Of a DNA stretch of 64,000 bases, positions 1 through 10,541 are shown one piece after another. Each line of letters begins with the position of its first letter. The stretch's first letter is position 1. The position numbers were made by a program, and so were the translations under genes. Origin of the DNA: a cyanobacterium endosymbiont of Rhopalodia gibba (lineage in GTDB: Bacteria; Cyanobacteriota; Cyanobacteriia; Cyanobacteriales; Microcystaceae); NCBI GenBank assembly GCA_045159875.1, contig CP067995.1:1728001-1792000 (forward strand). Reading direction: 5' to 3'. The notes under the pieces are model-generated. The model searched no databases. It saw only the letters and a program-made list of their open reading frames with translations, and was not told the DNA's origin.

Positions 1-1080
1 TACCTGAATCAGACTGACACTATTAATTCCCCAATTTATCCGACTACAACCCCAATCGAGATTAGTGAACCCCCTTCCTCTACATCCATAGAAATTTCAC
101 TTACTCCTGAAAATGACCAAGTTACTAGTCGGGATTGGTTTAACCTCGCCCGAAAACTACGAAAACAAAATGGGGAACTACTTGAGAGCATCGTAAAATT
201 GGAACAATCTCTAGCTGAATCTCAAAAACAGTTACAAGAACAAGTACAACAAGCACATCAAAACGACTTCCTTATTGCCGAGAAAACTGCCCAAGTCAAT
301 GCGATAAAAGAACAATTTCAAACTGCTCAAAAGCAGTTTCAGGAACAACAACAGGAGTTAAATACTATTATAGAAAAGTTGGTGACAACTCAATCCAAAT
401 TGGTTAGTGTAGAATATCAATGCACCCTACTTAAGCAACGTTATCGAGAAAAAGCTGATCGACTAGACCATAGTGAAAAACAGATTGAAGAATTACAAAC
501 TAGGTTGCAACGACAACAACGATATGCCCTACAGTATAAAGCAGCTTTAGATGAATGCTTAAGTAAGTCTAGTAGAAAGCAAATTCAGCCTTCGATAGAC
601 TCTTTCAGTTCTGCTAAAACTTTTACTCCTAAGATAAATTCCATTAAAACCTGGTCAGAACAAGTCACAACACAAAAAGTCTCAGGGTCGGTTTTAGCTG
701 AAGTACAACCGAGAGCTCCTCTTAACCAAATCGCTATCTCTAATGCTCCAAAAAAGTCTGAACCCTTATCGTCTTTAGGACATTTAGATCAACCTCTTCA
801 AGATCTGTCCTCCTTAGCCCCAGAAATACCTAAGTCTGTGAAACAGATGAAGACTGATACGAAGAAAATACTCAATCAAAAAAGCCAGGAATTTACATCA
901 GCTAATTTTGATCCCAAAACTGTTGCTAAGTATAATATTCACTCTCATAAAATGGTTACTCCAACACCTCAAAAATTAGCAGTACAGCCTCCTGTTACTT
1001 TCAGTTTTGACATTGATTCTAACAAACCCCATGATAAAGCCAAGATTGACTTACCTTCTTTTTTGCCTAGACGACATTAG
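1..1080 (+). CDS. conserved cyanobacterial coiled-coil hypothetical protein (5' end outside window)
   Basis: Frame is open from base 1 (DWFNLARKLRKQN...) through the 199..1080 ORF; Q/E/K-rich heptads; C-terminal DLPSFLPR. Confidence 0.75.
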   Translation, partial: YLNQTDTINSPIYPTTTPIEISEPPSSTSIEISLTPENDQVTSRDWFNLARKLRKQNGELLESIVKLEQSLAESQKQLQEQVQQAHQNDFLIAEKTAQVNAIKEQFQTAQKQFQEQQQELNTIIEKLVTTQSKLVSVEYQCTLLKQRYREKADRLDHSEKQIEELQTRLQRQQRYALQYKAALDECLSKSSRKQIQPSIDSFSSAKTFTPKINSIKTWSEQVTTQKVSGSVLAEVQPRAPLNQIAISNAPKKSEPLSSLGHLDQPLQDLSSLAPEIPKSVKQMKTDTKKILNQKSQEFTSANFDPKTVAKYNIHSHKMVTPTPQKLAVQPPVTFSFDIDSNKPHDKAKIDLPSFLPRRH

Positions 1081-1203
1081 CAGTAATTATCAACTCCAAC
1101 GTTAAAATCATTAATCTTTACTTGGGAACTATTTTGAAAGTTAACTAATCGGATGATTGACGCTATAATTAGACCTAATAGTCCCGATATACCAACTAAA
1201 ATC

Positions 1204-1974
1204 ATGGATAGACGCTCTTTTCTCAAATCAATTCCTGTGGGATTAGCAGGGACAACCTTTAGCTTGAGTTTTCCTTCATTATTAGCAGCTATTGGCAAAG
1301 AAAATCATAGTGAATGGGATTACCGGCATCCTGAACAATGGGGAGAGATTTCTGAAGAATACCGAGTTTGTAAAATGGGAAAACAACAATCACCTATTGA
1401 CTTACAATCTCCTATTAAATCTCAGCTTGGACATGTAGAAATTTTTTATAAAGAAATTCCCCTGCGCATTATCAATAATGGTCATACCATTCAGGTTAAT
1501 AGTGTCCCAGGAAATTTTATTATTGTTGATGACCAAAAATTTGAGCTTTTACAATTTCATTTCCATCATCCTAGTGAACATACTGTCAATGGAAAGAACT
1601 ACCCGATGGAAATCCATCTAGTTCATCGAAATCAACAGGGTTCTCTTGCTGTTTTAGGAGTTTCTCTTAAACAAGGACAAGAACATCAAACTCTTCAGTT
1701 GATTTGGGATAGTATTCCCTCTAGAAAAAGTGCTGAAAAATTAATTTCTGATCGTTATATTCCCTTAAATAAAATTCTACCAGCTAACTTTGATAGCTAC
1801 CGATATTTTGGTTCTTTGACTACTCCTCCTTGTTCTGAGATTGTCTATTGGATAGTATTTAAAGAACCATTAGAAGTTTCTCTCAGACAAATTCAACAAT
1901 TTAAACAAATCTTTTCCTCAAATGCTCGCCCAGTTCAACCTATTAATCGTCGTTTTATTCTAACTTCTATCTAG
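1204..1974 (+). CDS. ecaA: alpha-class carbonic anhydrase with twin-arginine (Tat) signal
   Basis: QSPID, NNGHT, QFHFHHPSEH, EIHLVH, GSLTTPPCSE motifs; MDRRSFLK N-terminus (likely start 1204). Confidence 0.9.
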   Translation: MDRRSFLKSIPVGLAGTTFSLSFPSLLAAIGKENHSEWDYRHPEQWGEISEEYRVCKMGKQQSPIDLQSPIKSQLGHVEIFYKEIPLRIINNGHTIQVNSVPGNFIIVDDQKFELLQFHFHHPSEHTVNGKNYPMEIHLVHRNQQGSLAVLGVSLKQGQEHQTLQLIWDSIPSRKSAEKLISDRYIPLNKILPANFDSYRYFGSLTTPPCSEIVYWIVFKEPLEVSLRQIQQFKQIFSSNARPVQPINRRFILTSI

Positions 1975-2366
1975 AAACCGATTAAACAAACTCTCCAAAG
2001 TTCTCCGATAAATTATGATTATGACTGATAGGTTTTAGACCTAAATTATGGGTAAAGCTAAACGTCGTAAGAATTGTACTAAAGAATGATATAGCCAGGA
2101 TAGAGTTATTCTTTCTTGACTTCCTATTATTAAACACCAAGCTGACATTTTCTATCAATGGACAATGCAGCAAGCTTGAATCATAGGGTCAGCCTCCACA
2201 TGCTTCATGAGTTCTGAAAAACCTAGAAAGTCTGACTCTAGTTCTCTGTAATAATATTCCAGTTTTTTATTGACCGTTTTCAAGTTTTTACTTCTTGTGA
2301 GCCATTTTGCTGTAAGTTTACAAGTAGTTTGAATGACTTAGTGAATTATCATGACAATACAGGAAC

Positions 2367-3242
2367 TCATTTATGATAGAAGCGAATTCCTAGAAAGACA
2401 TCATATAAAAAACTCCAGAAATTTTTTCCTTCGAACAGACCTAGAGATTGCTCACACCCCTTAGCGTCTAAAAGAAGTTTAGTGGCATTATAGGCTGATT
2501 CATACTTGTACCAAGGAATAGATGGCCATAAGTGATGAACTAAGTGATAGTTTTGTCCAAAAATCATTAGGTTTACAATAGAATTAGGGTAAACTCTTGC
2601 ATTCTTCCAGCGATCGCGTTCTTTGAAAGGACGATGGGGAAGATAGTCAAAAAATAAACCCAAAGCAATTCCCACTACCAAAGCAGGAACAAACCAAAAG
2701 TGCATTAAGTAATCGATAAATCCGAAATGAATACCCAGAAAAATTCCCGTAAATACAAATAGTCTGCTTACAAACCATTCCAATAATTCATACTTGTGCC
2801 ACAAACTACGTTTGAAGAAAAAAACTTCGTGATAGAAGAAACGAGCAGCAATCATCCACAGAGGTCCTCCGGTGGAGACAAAATGATCAGGATCATTATC
2901 AGGATCATTAACATGAGCATGATGTTGTAGATGTACCCGTGTAAATACGGGAAAGACAAACCCTAACATTAGCGCACTACCGTGCCCCAAAATGGCATTG
3001 AAAATTCGATTATTATGAGCCGCATTATGGGAGGCGTCGTGAATAACTGTTCCTGACAAATGAAGAGCGAGAACATTAGAAAAAAAACAAATCCAATTAG
3101 ACCATCCCCATAACCAATAACCGCACGTTGAAAGACTAATCAGTAAGAATGCGCTAAAAAACATCAAGACATTAGGGTTGAATCCACCTGGTGTTCTGAG
3201 ATATTCTTTGGGGACTGTCAGCGGGGTCTGCTCCGACTGCAT
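2367..3242 (-). CDS. crtR: beta-carotene hydroxylase (fatty-acid-desaturase fold)
   Basis: His boxes HDASH, HLQHH, HLVHH; DPDNDPDHFVSTGGPLW typical of cyanobacterial CrtR. Confidence 0.92.
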   Translation of the reverse strand: MQSEQTPLTVPKEYLRTPGGFNPNVLMFFSAFLLISLSTCGYWLWGWSNWICFFSNVLALHLSGTVIHDASHNAAHNNRIFNAILGHGSALMLGFVFPVFTRVHLQHHAHVNDPDNDPDHFVSTGGPLWMIAARFFYHEVFFFKRSLWHKYELLEWFVSRLFVFTGIFLGIHFGFIDYLMHFWFVPALVVGIALGLFFDYLPHRPFKERDRWKNARVYPNSIVNLMIFGQNYHLVHHLWPSIPWYKYESAYNATKLLLDAKGCEQSLGLFEGKNFWSFLYDVFLGIRFYHK

Positions 3243-3678
3243 TTGTTGCTTACTCCTTCGTTAGGGTAATATCTATCCTTTAGATAGTCCGCAAGACCAC
3301 CTCATTTTAATAAAGACTTGTAGTATTATGGCATCTTTATAAAATAAGGGACGAACAATCACTGATCATAAAACATAATCTTTAAGAGGATACCGTTTCA
3401 TTATGTTTTGCTCATATTTTTTCTACCGATAGAAAAAATATTCTATACAGTTTAACTTTCACCTCTGAAATAGATTGAGTTTTAAGTAGGTTCCAACGAA
3501 CAATTTTTCTTATATCGACGCTTTATTCAAAAGAATTCAACAATAAAAGTAATTTTCTAAAATTATTTAAATAGGCAGCAAATTAATTAATTTTTAAAAT
3601 TGCTCTCATGTCTCGTAAGATTATTATGATCTCTTTAAGAGACTGATATTATACTAGAAATAGTCATTCGATTGTTAA

Positions 3679-4266
3679 TTGACAATGCCTCTAAATTTCC
3701 GTTCTAGTTACTCCTCTGAGTCGATGGTGATAGAAAAAGACAGTCCTCCGAACTTTACAGGCTTTAATTTATTACCTTCTCACTTGAGAAGACATTGCCG
3801 TTACTTATATTTACGGTTCCGTCGGTTACAGGGAACTCCACATTTCATAGCGCGAGGATTAGCCTGTGGAGTGTTTGCCGGGTGTTTTCCTTTGTTGGGG
3901 CTTCAAACTATTATGGGGGTTTTGCTGGCAGTTATTTTTCAGGGTAATAAATTCGCTGCAGCTGTCGGAACTTGGATTAGTAATCCTTTAACTTATGTTC
4001 CTGTTTTCGCTTTCAATTATAAAGTAGGTGAGTTTTTATTATTGGGGTTTCAAAATACAGTTTTACAAATAGATTTACAACAAAATTGGCAATCCTGGTC
4101 AACGTTAATAGAATTAGGTTTTGATTTTGTCTTCACACTTTTTTTGGGATGCTTAATTGTTGGTATATTTTGTTCTTTTGTTAGTTATTTTTTGAGTTTA
4201 AAGTTGTTTTTTTTTGGCAGAAATCACGTCAATTTACCAATCGTCAATAACAATCACCGAATTTAA
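3679..4266 (+). CDS. DUF2062 family membrane protein
   Basis: RLQGTPHFIARGLACGVFAGCFP and GTWISNPLTYVP motifs. Confidence 0.85.
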   Translation: MTMPLNFRSSYSSESMVIEKDSPPNFTGFNLLPSHLRRHCRYLYLRFRRLQGTPHFIARGLACGVFAGCFPLLGLQTIMGVLLAVIFQGNKFAAAVGTWISNPLTYVPVFAFNYKVGEFLLLGFQNTVLQIDLQQNWQSWSTLIELGFDFVFTLFLGCLIVGIFCSFVSYFLSLKLFFFGRNHVNLPIVNNNHRI

Positions 4267-4522
4267 GATAAACAATTATAGATTAGTCCGACTAAAAATT
4301 GCCTGTCTTAATTGAAATCACTAAGAATTGACAAACTAATTTTCACATTAAAAATTATCATTCTTCTAGAAGAAAAACAAAAAAGGTTAATTCCATTTTT
4401 TGGGAAAAATATTTTCAACAAAAAGTAGCGATCTGATAACCCAGTCTGAAGATTGAGTTAAAAATTGATTACAACAAAGTAAAATTAACGGTCAACTAAT
4501 CAGTAATTTCCCAGATAAAAGC

Positions 4523-4747
4523 ATGACAAAACATGAAAAAAAAATTCACAAAGTACTAGGGCAAACAATAGGAGAGATAATGACTAGTAAACCCATATCA
4601 GTTCAATTCTCTCAATCTCTACGTGAAGCTGCCTACATTATGCACAATAAGAAAATTGGCAGTTTACCAGTAGTTAATAACGAAGGAGATAAAGTAATTG
4701 GCTTGTTAACTCAACAAGATATTATTCGTTCAATAGTTCAACATTAG
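4523..4747 (+). pseudogene. C-terminal half of a tandem CBS-domain protein
   Basis: IHKVLGQTIGEIMT...LREAAYIMH...LPVV is the second CBS repeat; the first repeat is absent upstream. Confidence 0.65.
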
Positions 4748-4914
4748 CTTAATAGATTAATCTGGATTAAAATAATCATTTCAAATCTGTGCAAAAAATA
4801 CTCAATCGACATCGAAAACAATTCCCCCCAGGCTTAACTTTTGACCTAGTATTAGGTGACTCGATTAAACTAAAACTCTAAAAGAGAAACTTCAAATAAA
4901 GACTATTTTTTTCA

Positions 4915-5210
4915 AAAATATTTCCAGTAGTGTTATTGAAAACTACATTCAACGAGTTACTGAATTAAGTCAATCGAGTCAGCGTATTCCCACAATGGGA
5001 GAAGTGGAAAAAATTGCGGCAGAATTAGGTATTGAACCTGATGGAATTGAAAATGATCAGTGTTATAAAGCTACTGTCAGTAAGCTCTACAGTCATATGA
5101 ATCAATTGAAACGACAATTGGCTAATATACAACAAAAAATACTTGAGATGGAAAAACCTAAACCAAATAAACTAACCCCTAAATCCTTTCCTTACATTAC
5201 AATTCCCTAG
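4915..5210 (+). pseudogene. fragment of a conserved cyanobacterial hypothetical protein
   Basis: VIENYIQRVTELSQSSQRIPTMGEVEKIAAELGI is readable upstream of the 4995 ATG; no proper start; short. Confidence 0.4.
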
Positions 5211-5549
5211 GTCTAATATTTCTTCAGATCCCGCGCAAGAAGCCCTACGCCATAAACAAACGAGTCTAGTTTACACGTGGAAACGAAACAGGCTACAAAA
5301 TTAAAGAGCAAACTCCATTGCTCTAATCGGTGGGAACACGTGCACATAAGTTTAACTGGACAGTCAACCATGCTAAGAAGTTCGAAACTAGTAAAAAAAA
5401 TTTTCTGGTGGTTAAAAACTGATACATTCACAGTCAATAAATGGTGGGTAGTACTTACTTATAAAGTAAGTAGGAAGTGGTAGATAAATGGTAATACTTT
5501 TTAAACAGGTGAGCTTGAATAAGTATGGTAGAGAAAAAGAGATAGTACT

Positions 5550-5830
5550 ATATGTTGTCAGCTTATCTAGAAAATTAGATTGACAGCATTAAAAGAGGAA
5601 GAAATATCACAGTTAACTTACGCCCCACAAATTCTTTCTCCAATGAGAATAAAATCAGAGATTTTATGTTTAAACGCAAGAAGATTAAAAGTTAAAGAGA
5701 TTGTATCCTGAGTGTAACTGTTAGAAAATACAATTAGAACAACAATTTCTAGATAGATTTTTTAAGGAACAGAAAAATCATGAGGTTTTCCGAGAGTTAG
5801 AATAATAAAGAAGGTCATACCGAACTGATA
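5550..5830 (+). mobile_element. degraded IS630-family transposase (N-terminal HTH part)
   Basis: Translates as ...SEILCLNARRLKVKEIVS*V*LLENTIRTTISR*; about 70% ungapped nt identity to the relic at 37395-37470. Confidence 0.6.
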
Positions 5831-6386
5831 ATGTAAGATTAACTAGTAACATGCTAAGTCAAGAAACTTCTAAAGTTAAAATCGACGGAGTTCCTGAATG
5901 TATAAGCTCTCCCTTTAATCAACTTCAGTTCATTGTTAATTTTTTTTACTGTTTCTTGGTAAAAATAGGCAGTAATTTCTCTAGCTAAAAATTTAACACC
6001 CAATCTTTCTAAAGCCTTTCTGGCAGAATAAATAAGTTTTTTTGACATAAATTCAGATAATTACAATAGTATTTATATATAGTCTAAATTTTTCTTAAAG
6101 ATTATTTTTAATTTCTCTTTTAATTAATCTATTTTTGAGGAAATTAGTTGCATTTTATATATCTAGTTTAATCTGTTCTCTTTTTTAGAAGAAATTATTA
6201 AGCATAAGATGCTGGAATAACTGATAGCCTTCACTTTACTCTTTGATTACTTATTTTTTAGCCATAATAATGGTACTAATATTCTTATATTGTATTAAGG
6301 TTATTGTAAAATCATAAAAACAAGTTAAGATTCCTAAATCTTCTGAATATCATCTTTTTGCTTGTTATCTAAAAAAACACTGAGAT

Positions 6387-8312
6387 TTAGCTGTCTCGTT
6401 CTGCTAATTCTAGCCATCTTCCAGTAGCTGTCTCAATAGATTCAATCAATTGAGCTAGTTCTTCTGTTAACTCTTGCATTTTAGTAAAATCACTAGGAGG
6501 ACCATCGTACAGTATTTGTTCAAGTTTTTCTTTTTTAGCTTCTAATTCTGGAATTCTTTCTTCGAGTTTTTTATATTCGTGTTTCTCACTAAAAGACAGC
6601 TTACGAGATTGACTAAACTTTGATTGTTTTGAAAAAACTTCTTTTTTCCTAGTTTTAGCTTCTTGTTTTTTATTTTCTTTATATTCTTCTTTACCTTGTT
6701 CTTCCTGAGCTTTTTTATAATCTAGGTAAATAGAATAATTTCCTGGATACTGACGAATATTTCCATCAGGTTCTAGAGAAAAAATAGTCCCGATAGTACG
6801 GTCAAGAAAATAGCGATCATGAGACACTACAATCACACAACCATTAAATTCCTCTAAATATTCTTCTAAAACTGCCAACGTTTGTACATCAAGATCATTT
6901 GTCGGTTCGTCTAAAATCAAAACATTGGGCGAACTCATCAAAATTTTTAGCAAAAATAATCGCCGTTTCTCTCCTCCAGAAAGTTTATGGATGGGTGCAT
7001 ATTGTTGATCCGGTGGAAATAAAAATCGTTCTAACATTTGAGAAACAGTAATCACATTCCCGTCGGCAGTTTTAACTAGCTCAGCTACACCTCTGAGATA
7101 ATCGATTACCCGTTGATTTTCATTAACAATCAAATCTTCAGAATGTTGATCAAAATAGCCAAGATGAACGGTCGATCCAATATCTACTGTCCCTGAATCC
7201 GGGGTAACATGACCCATAATAATACTCATCAGAGTAGATTTGCCCGCTCCATTGGGTCCAATAATCCCTACCCGATCTTCTGGACCAAAAATATAAGTAA
7301 AATTTTTAATTAAAGTGCGCTCACCGTAGGATTTACTAATTTCTTTTAGTTCAATAACTTTTTTGCCAATTCGACGACTAATTGTAGAAATATTTACCTT
7401 ATTTTGAGCTTGCTTATATTCTTTCTCTTGCATCTCTTTAATGCGGTCAATTCTAGCTTTTTGTTTAGTACTTCTAGCTTTTGGTCCTTGCTTAAGCCAT
7501 TCTAATTCCCTTTGTAAGATTCCTGCTTGTTTGCGTTGACTACTTAATTCGGATACTTGGGCCTCAATTTTTTTTTGCAGATAATAGCTATAATTACCAG
7601 CGTAACTATAAAGAGCTCCCTGATCAACCTCTAAGATACGATTGGTTACCCTATCGAGAAAGTAACGGTCATGGGTGATTAGTAATAAAGCTCCTTGATA
7701 GTGAGCCAAATAACTCTGTAACCATTCTACTGACAGAGCATCAAGATGGTTAGTCGGTTCATCCATCAGTAGAACATCAGGGTTAGACAACAGGGCTGAT
7801 GCTAGAGTAATACGCTTACGATAACCACCTGATAAATTAGCAATTCTGTCCCCAAAATTTTCAATTCCCAGTTGACTTAAAATAATTTTAGCATTGGTTT
7901 CCATCTCCCAAGCCTTCAGTGCATCAATGCGTTGACTGACACTTGATAACTGGGCCATTAGGGTGTTTATCTCTTTTGGTTGGTGTGCTAGTTGATGAGA
8001 GAGTTGCTCATACTCCTGAACTAACTTCATTTGTTCTCCACAGTCAGTAAAGACTTGCTCTAAGACTGTGAGGTTTCCATCTAGGTTAGGTTGTTGGGGC
8101 AAATAGACAATTTTGGCTCCAGCATTAATCCAAACATCTCCCGCATCAGCTGGTTCCAGCTGAGCAATGATTTTAAGCAAAGTGGATTTACCAGAACCAT
8201 TTGTTCCAATTAACCCAACTTTGTCTCTTTCATTGAGGCTAAAGCTGATATCCTTAAAGATTTCTTTGATGCCAAAGTTTTTTCTCAGTGCTCGCAGGGT
8301 AAAAATGGTCAT
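6387..8312 (-). CDS. ABC-F family ATP-binding protein (Uup-like)
   Basis: Two ABC cassettes (GTNGSGKST/LSGG/DEPTNHLD; GPNGAGKST/LSGGE/DEPTNDLD), PKARSTKQKARI linker, C-terminal coiled coil. Confidence 0.9.
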   Translation of the reverse strand: MTIFTLRALRKNFGIKEIFKDISFSLNERDKVGLIGTNGSGKSTLLKIIAQLEPADAGDVWINAGAKIVYLPQQPNLDGNLTVLEQVFTDCGEQMKLVQEYEQLSHQLAHQPKEINTLMAQLSSVSQRIDALKAWEMETNAKIILSQLGIENFGDRIANLSGGYRKRITLASALLSNPDVLLMDEPTNHLDALSVEWLQSYLAHYQGALLLITHDRYFLDRVTNRILEVDQGALYSYAGNYSYYLQKKIEAQVSELSSQRKQAGILQRELEWLKQGPKARSTKQKARIDRIKEMQEKEYKQAQNKVNISTISRRIGKKVIELKEISKSYGERTLIKNFTYIFGPEDRVGIIGPNGAGKSTLMSIIMGHVTPDSGTVDIGSTVHLGYFDQHSEDLIVNENQRVIDYLRGVAELVKTADGNVITVSQMLERFLFPPDQQYAPIHKLSGGEKRRLFLLKILMSSPNVLILDEPTNDLDVQTLAVLEEYLEEFNGCVIVVSHDRYFLDRTIGTIFSLEPDGNIRQYPGNYSIYLDYKKAQEEQGKEEYKENKKQEAKTRKKEVFSKQSKFSQSRKLSFSEKHEYKKLEERIPELEAKKEKLEQILYDGPPSDFTKMQELTEELAQLIESIETATGRWLELAERDS

Positions 8313-8354
8313 GGAAATAATGTTTTGGAGAGAGCAAGATATCCCCACTTATAA

Positions 8355-8573
8355 TTATTCTTCATCCCACGCCTCTACATTCAGGACTTCGCTGACAGGG
8401 TCTTTCATGGTAAATTCAAACTCTAAAAGTTCTCCTTTCCAATAACCCCATTGATCGCCATAAAGGAGGGCGAGTTTCCATAAACTATCGTTCGGTTTAA
8501 GCACTTTGGACTCCACGAGTGAAGCGACTTTACGCTGAAACTTCACCATGGGATGGGTCACTTGTTGCGTCAT
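8355..8573 (-). CDS. DUF4327 family protein
   Basis: HPMVKFQRKVASLVES...WKLALLYGDQW...WDEE pattern. Confidence 0.8.
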   Translation of the reverse strand: MTQQVTHPMVKFQRKVASLVESKVLKPNDSLWKLALLYGDQWGYWKGELLEFEFTMKDPVSEVLNVEAWDEE

Positions 8574-8800
8574 AGACTCAATTAACTTGCATTTACTAAA
8601 TTTTACAAATACTCGCTGGGTTATGCTTCTTGTGTGTGGTTATAAATTAGTGTTGCTGTATAGACTCAGATAAACAGACGGATTATATAGAGAAGCAGTC
8701 CTCGTGTTTCTAGTTGTAGCTTATCTGTTTAATTTTTGCAAGGGATTTCGGGCTAATGTACGGGAATTACTACCACCATTAAGACTTACTAACTTAAAAC

Positions 8801-9697
8801 TTACCTGACTCTAGAGTTCGATGCAACCAACATCGAGCCAATCCCCTTATCAGTGAATATTTCTAATAATAGGGCGTGAGGGAATCGCCCGTCAATAATA
8901 TGAGCAGCTCTTACTCCTTGAGCAAGTGACCGCACGCAACAATTAACCTTAGGAATCATCCCACCTGCTACAATACCCTGACTAATTAATTCTCTAGCCT
9001 GTTGAATATCCAATTTAGTCAATAAGGTAGAGGAATCCTTACAATCTTGGAGAATTCCTCGAGTATCGGTGAGTAAAATTAATTTTTCTGCTCCTAAAGA
9101 TGCGGCTATCTCACCAGCCACTGTATCGGCATTGATATTATGTACTTGTCCTTTCTGATCAGCGGCTACACTCGAAATCACTGGAATATAGCCACTATTG
9201 ATCAAAGCATTAACAATTCTTGTATCGACTTGATTGACTTCACCAACAAATCCAACACCTTCTGTGCCAACGTGACGAGCCTTAATTAAATTACCATCTT
9301 TGCCACACAGTCCAACCGCTTGACCACCAGCCTGGTTAATTAGGGCAACTAATTCTTTATTGACTCGGCCAACTAACACCATTTCTACCACATCCATGGT
9401 AGCTGCATCTGTCACGCGCAACCCGTCTTTAAATTGGGGTTCAATGCCCAGTTTTCCTAGCCAAGTATTAATTTCGGGACCGCCACCATGAACAACAACA
9501 GGATGAACACCAACACAAGCTAAAAAGACAATATCACGGATAATTTTATCTTTAAGGTAACTGTCCTTCATCGCAGCACCACCATACTTAACAACGACAG
9601 TTCGTCCAGTAAATTGTTGGATGTAGGGAAGAGCTTCACTAAGAACTCGGACGCGGGTAGCCTCTACTTCTCCAACATACTCATTTTCGACACTCAT
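8801..9697 (-). CDS. argB: acetylglutamate kinase
   Basis: [33 protein letters not shown]. Confidence 0.97.
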   Translation of the reverse strand: MSVENEYVGEVEATRVRVLSEALPYIQQFTGRTVVVKYGGAAMKDSYLKDKIIRDIVFLACVGVHPVVVHGGGPEINTWLGKLGIEPQFKDGLRVTDAATMDVVEMVLVGRVNKELVALINQAGGQAVGLCGKDGNLIKARHVGTEGVGFVGEVNQVDTRIVNALINSGYIPVISSVAADQKGQVHNINADTVAGEIAASLGAEKLILLTDTRGILQDCKDSSTLLTKLDIQQARELISQGIVAGGMIPKVNCCVRSLAQGVRAAHIIDGRFPHALLLEIFTDKGIGSMLVASNSRVR

Positions 9698-10213
9698 AAT
9701 CGATTACTCATTTGTTAACGTGGCTAGATTAATAGTTTAGAGGAAAAAGTAGCTAACCCCAAGTGTTGTAACAGTGAATCGTAAACTTTTTTACCTAATA
9801 ATAAGGTTGATGTTTAGTGTTGGAGATTGTAGGAAAGAACTTGACTTAGCCATTCTGTCAAAAATTTAATTTTTCTAGGGAACATTATTATCTGTTTTGT
9901 TCGTCTCTAATTAGTGTTTTTCTAAACGAGAACATCGTGGATAAGAGATTGATTTTGAGTCTAAAATGATACAGATTAGACTTCAAAAGTTTTACTACGA
10001 TATTACTACTGCAAAAATACGGGACAGAACGTAAATTGTCACAAAAATCTATAGTCTTAAACTAGATTTTTGACATCAGCCTTTATAATAAAAACATCTT
10101 GGTCTGTTGTCTGGTGATACGTTCAACTGATATTCTAGGACATTCTCTTTTAGACAATTAAGGACAAGAACGTAAAACCAAGTGTCTTTTCGATTAATTT
10201 TAGGTGGTGTGAG

Positions 10214-10369
10214 ATGTTAGAGCGTTTGCTATTAGCTAGCACAGTAACGTGTTTGTTATACTTTTCTGTTCAAGTAGGTCGATCTTCGGTGAATCCAACA
10301 CAGACTAATCATCCCTTTGGGTATATAAAGTTTGAGAGCTCTTCCCTGCTGACCTCTCGGAGAGCGTAA
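10214..10369 (+). CDS. 51-aa small protein with N-terminal hydrophobic helix
   Basis: MLERLLLASTVTCLLYFSVQVG...; SD-like AGGTGG upstream; below the ORF-track size cutoff. Confidence 0.55.
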   Translation: MLERLLLASTVTCLLYFSVQVGRSSVNPTQTNHPFGYIKFESSSLLTSRRA

Positions 10370-10449
10370 GCCAGTTTTGCAGTCTCTAAGCTAGATTCTG
10401 TCTTCGGTTAGTTCATTAATAAAATCATTGTTTAATTCATGATAACAGC

Positions 10450-10526
10450 TGGTGGGGGGAGAACTTCACTAATCCAATCTAGGTTTTATAGTTGAGTTGG
10501 TCTTTGAGAAGCATCTCCCTTCCCCA
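10450..10526. terminator. imperfect GC-rich hairpin between convergent genes
   Basis: GGGGGGAGAACTTC ... GAAGCATCTCCCTTCCCC between the small ORF and the glpD 3' end. Confidence 0.4.
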
Positions 10527-10541
10527 AAATGTCAGTGTTGA

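Noticed and set aside
5213..5483. Overlapping short ORFs, one with an HVH motif suggestive of IS200 TnpA
   Set aside because: No other TnpA motifs or terminal hairpins recognisable; may be chance
5854..6048. 64-aa ORF
   Set aside because: No recognisable family, lies in decayed AT-rich DNA; cannot be supported as a gene
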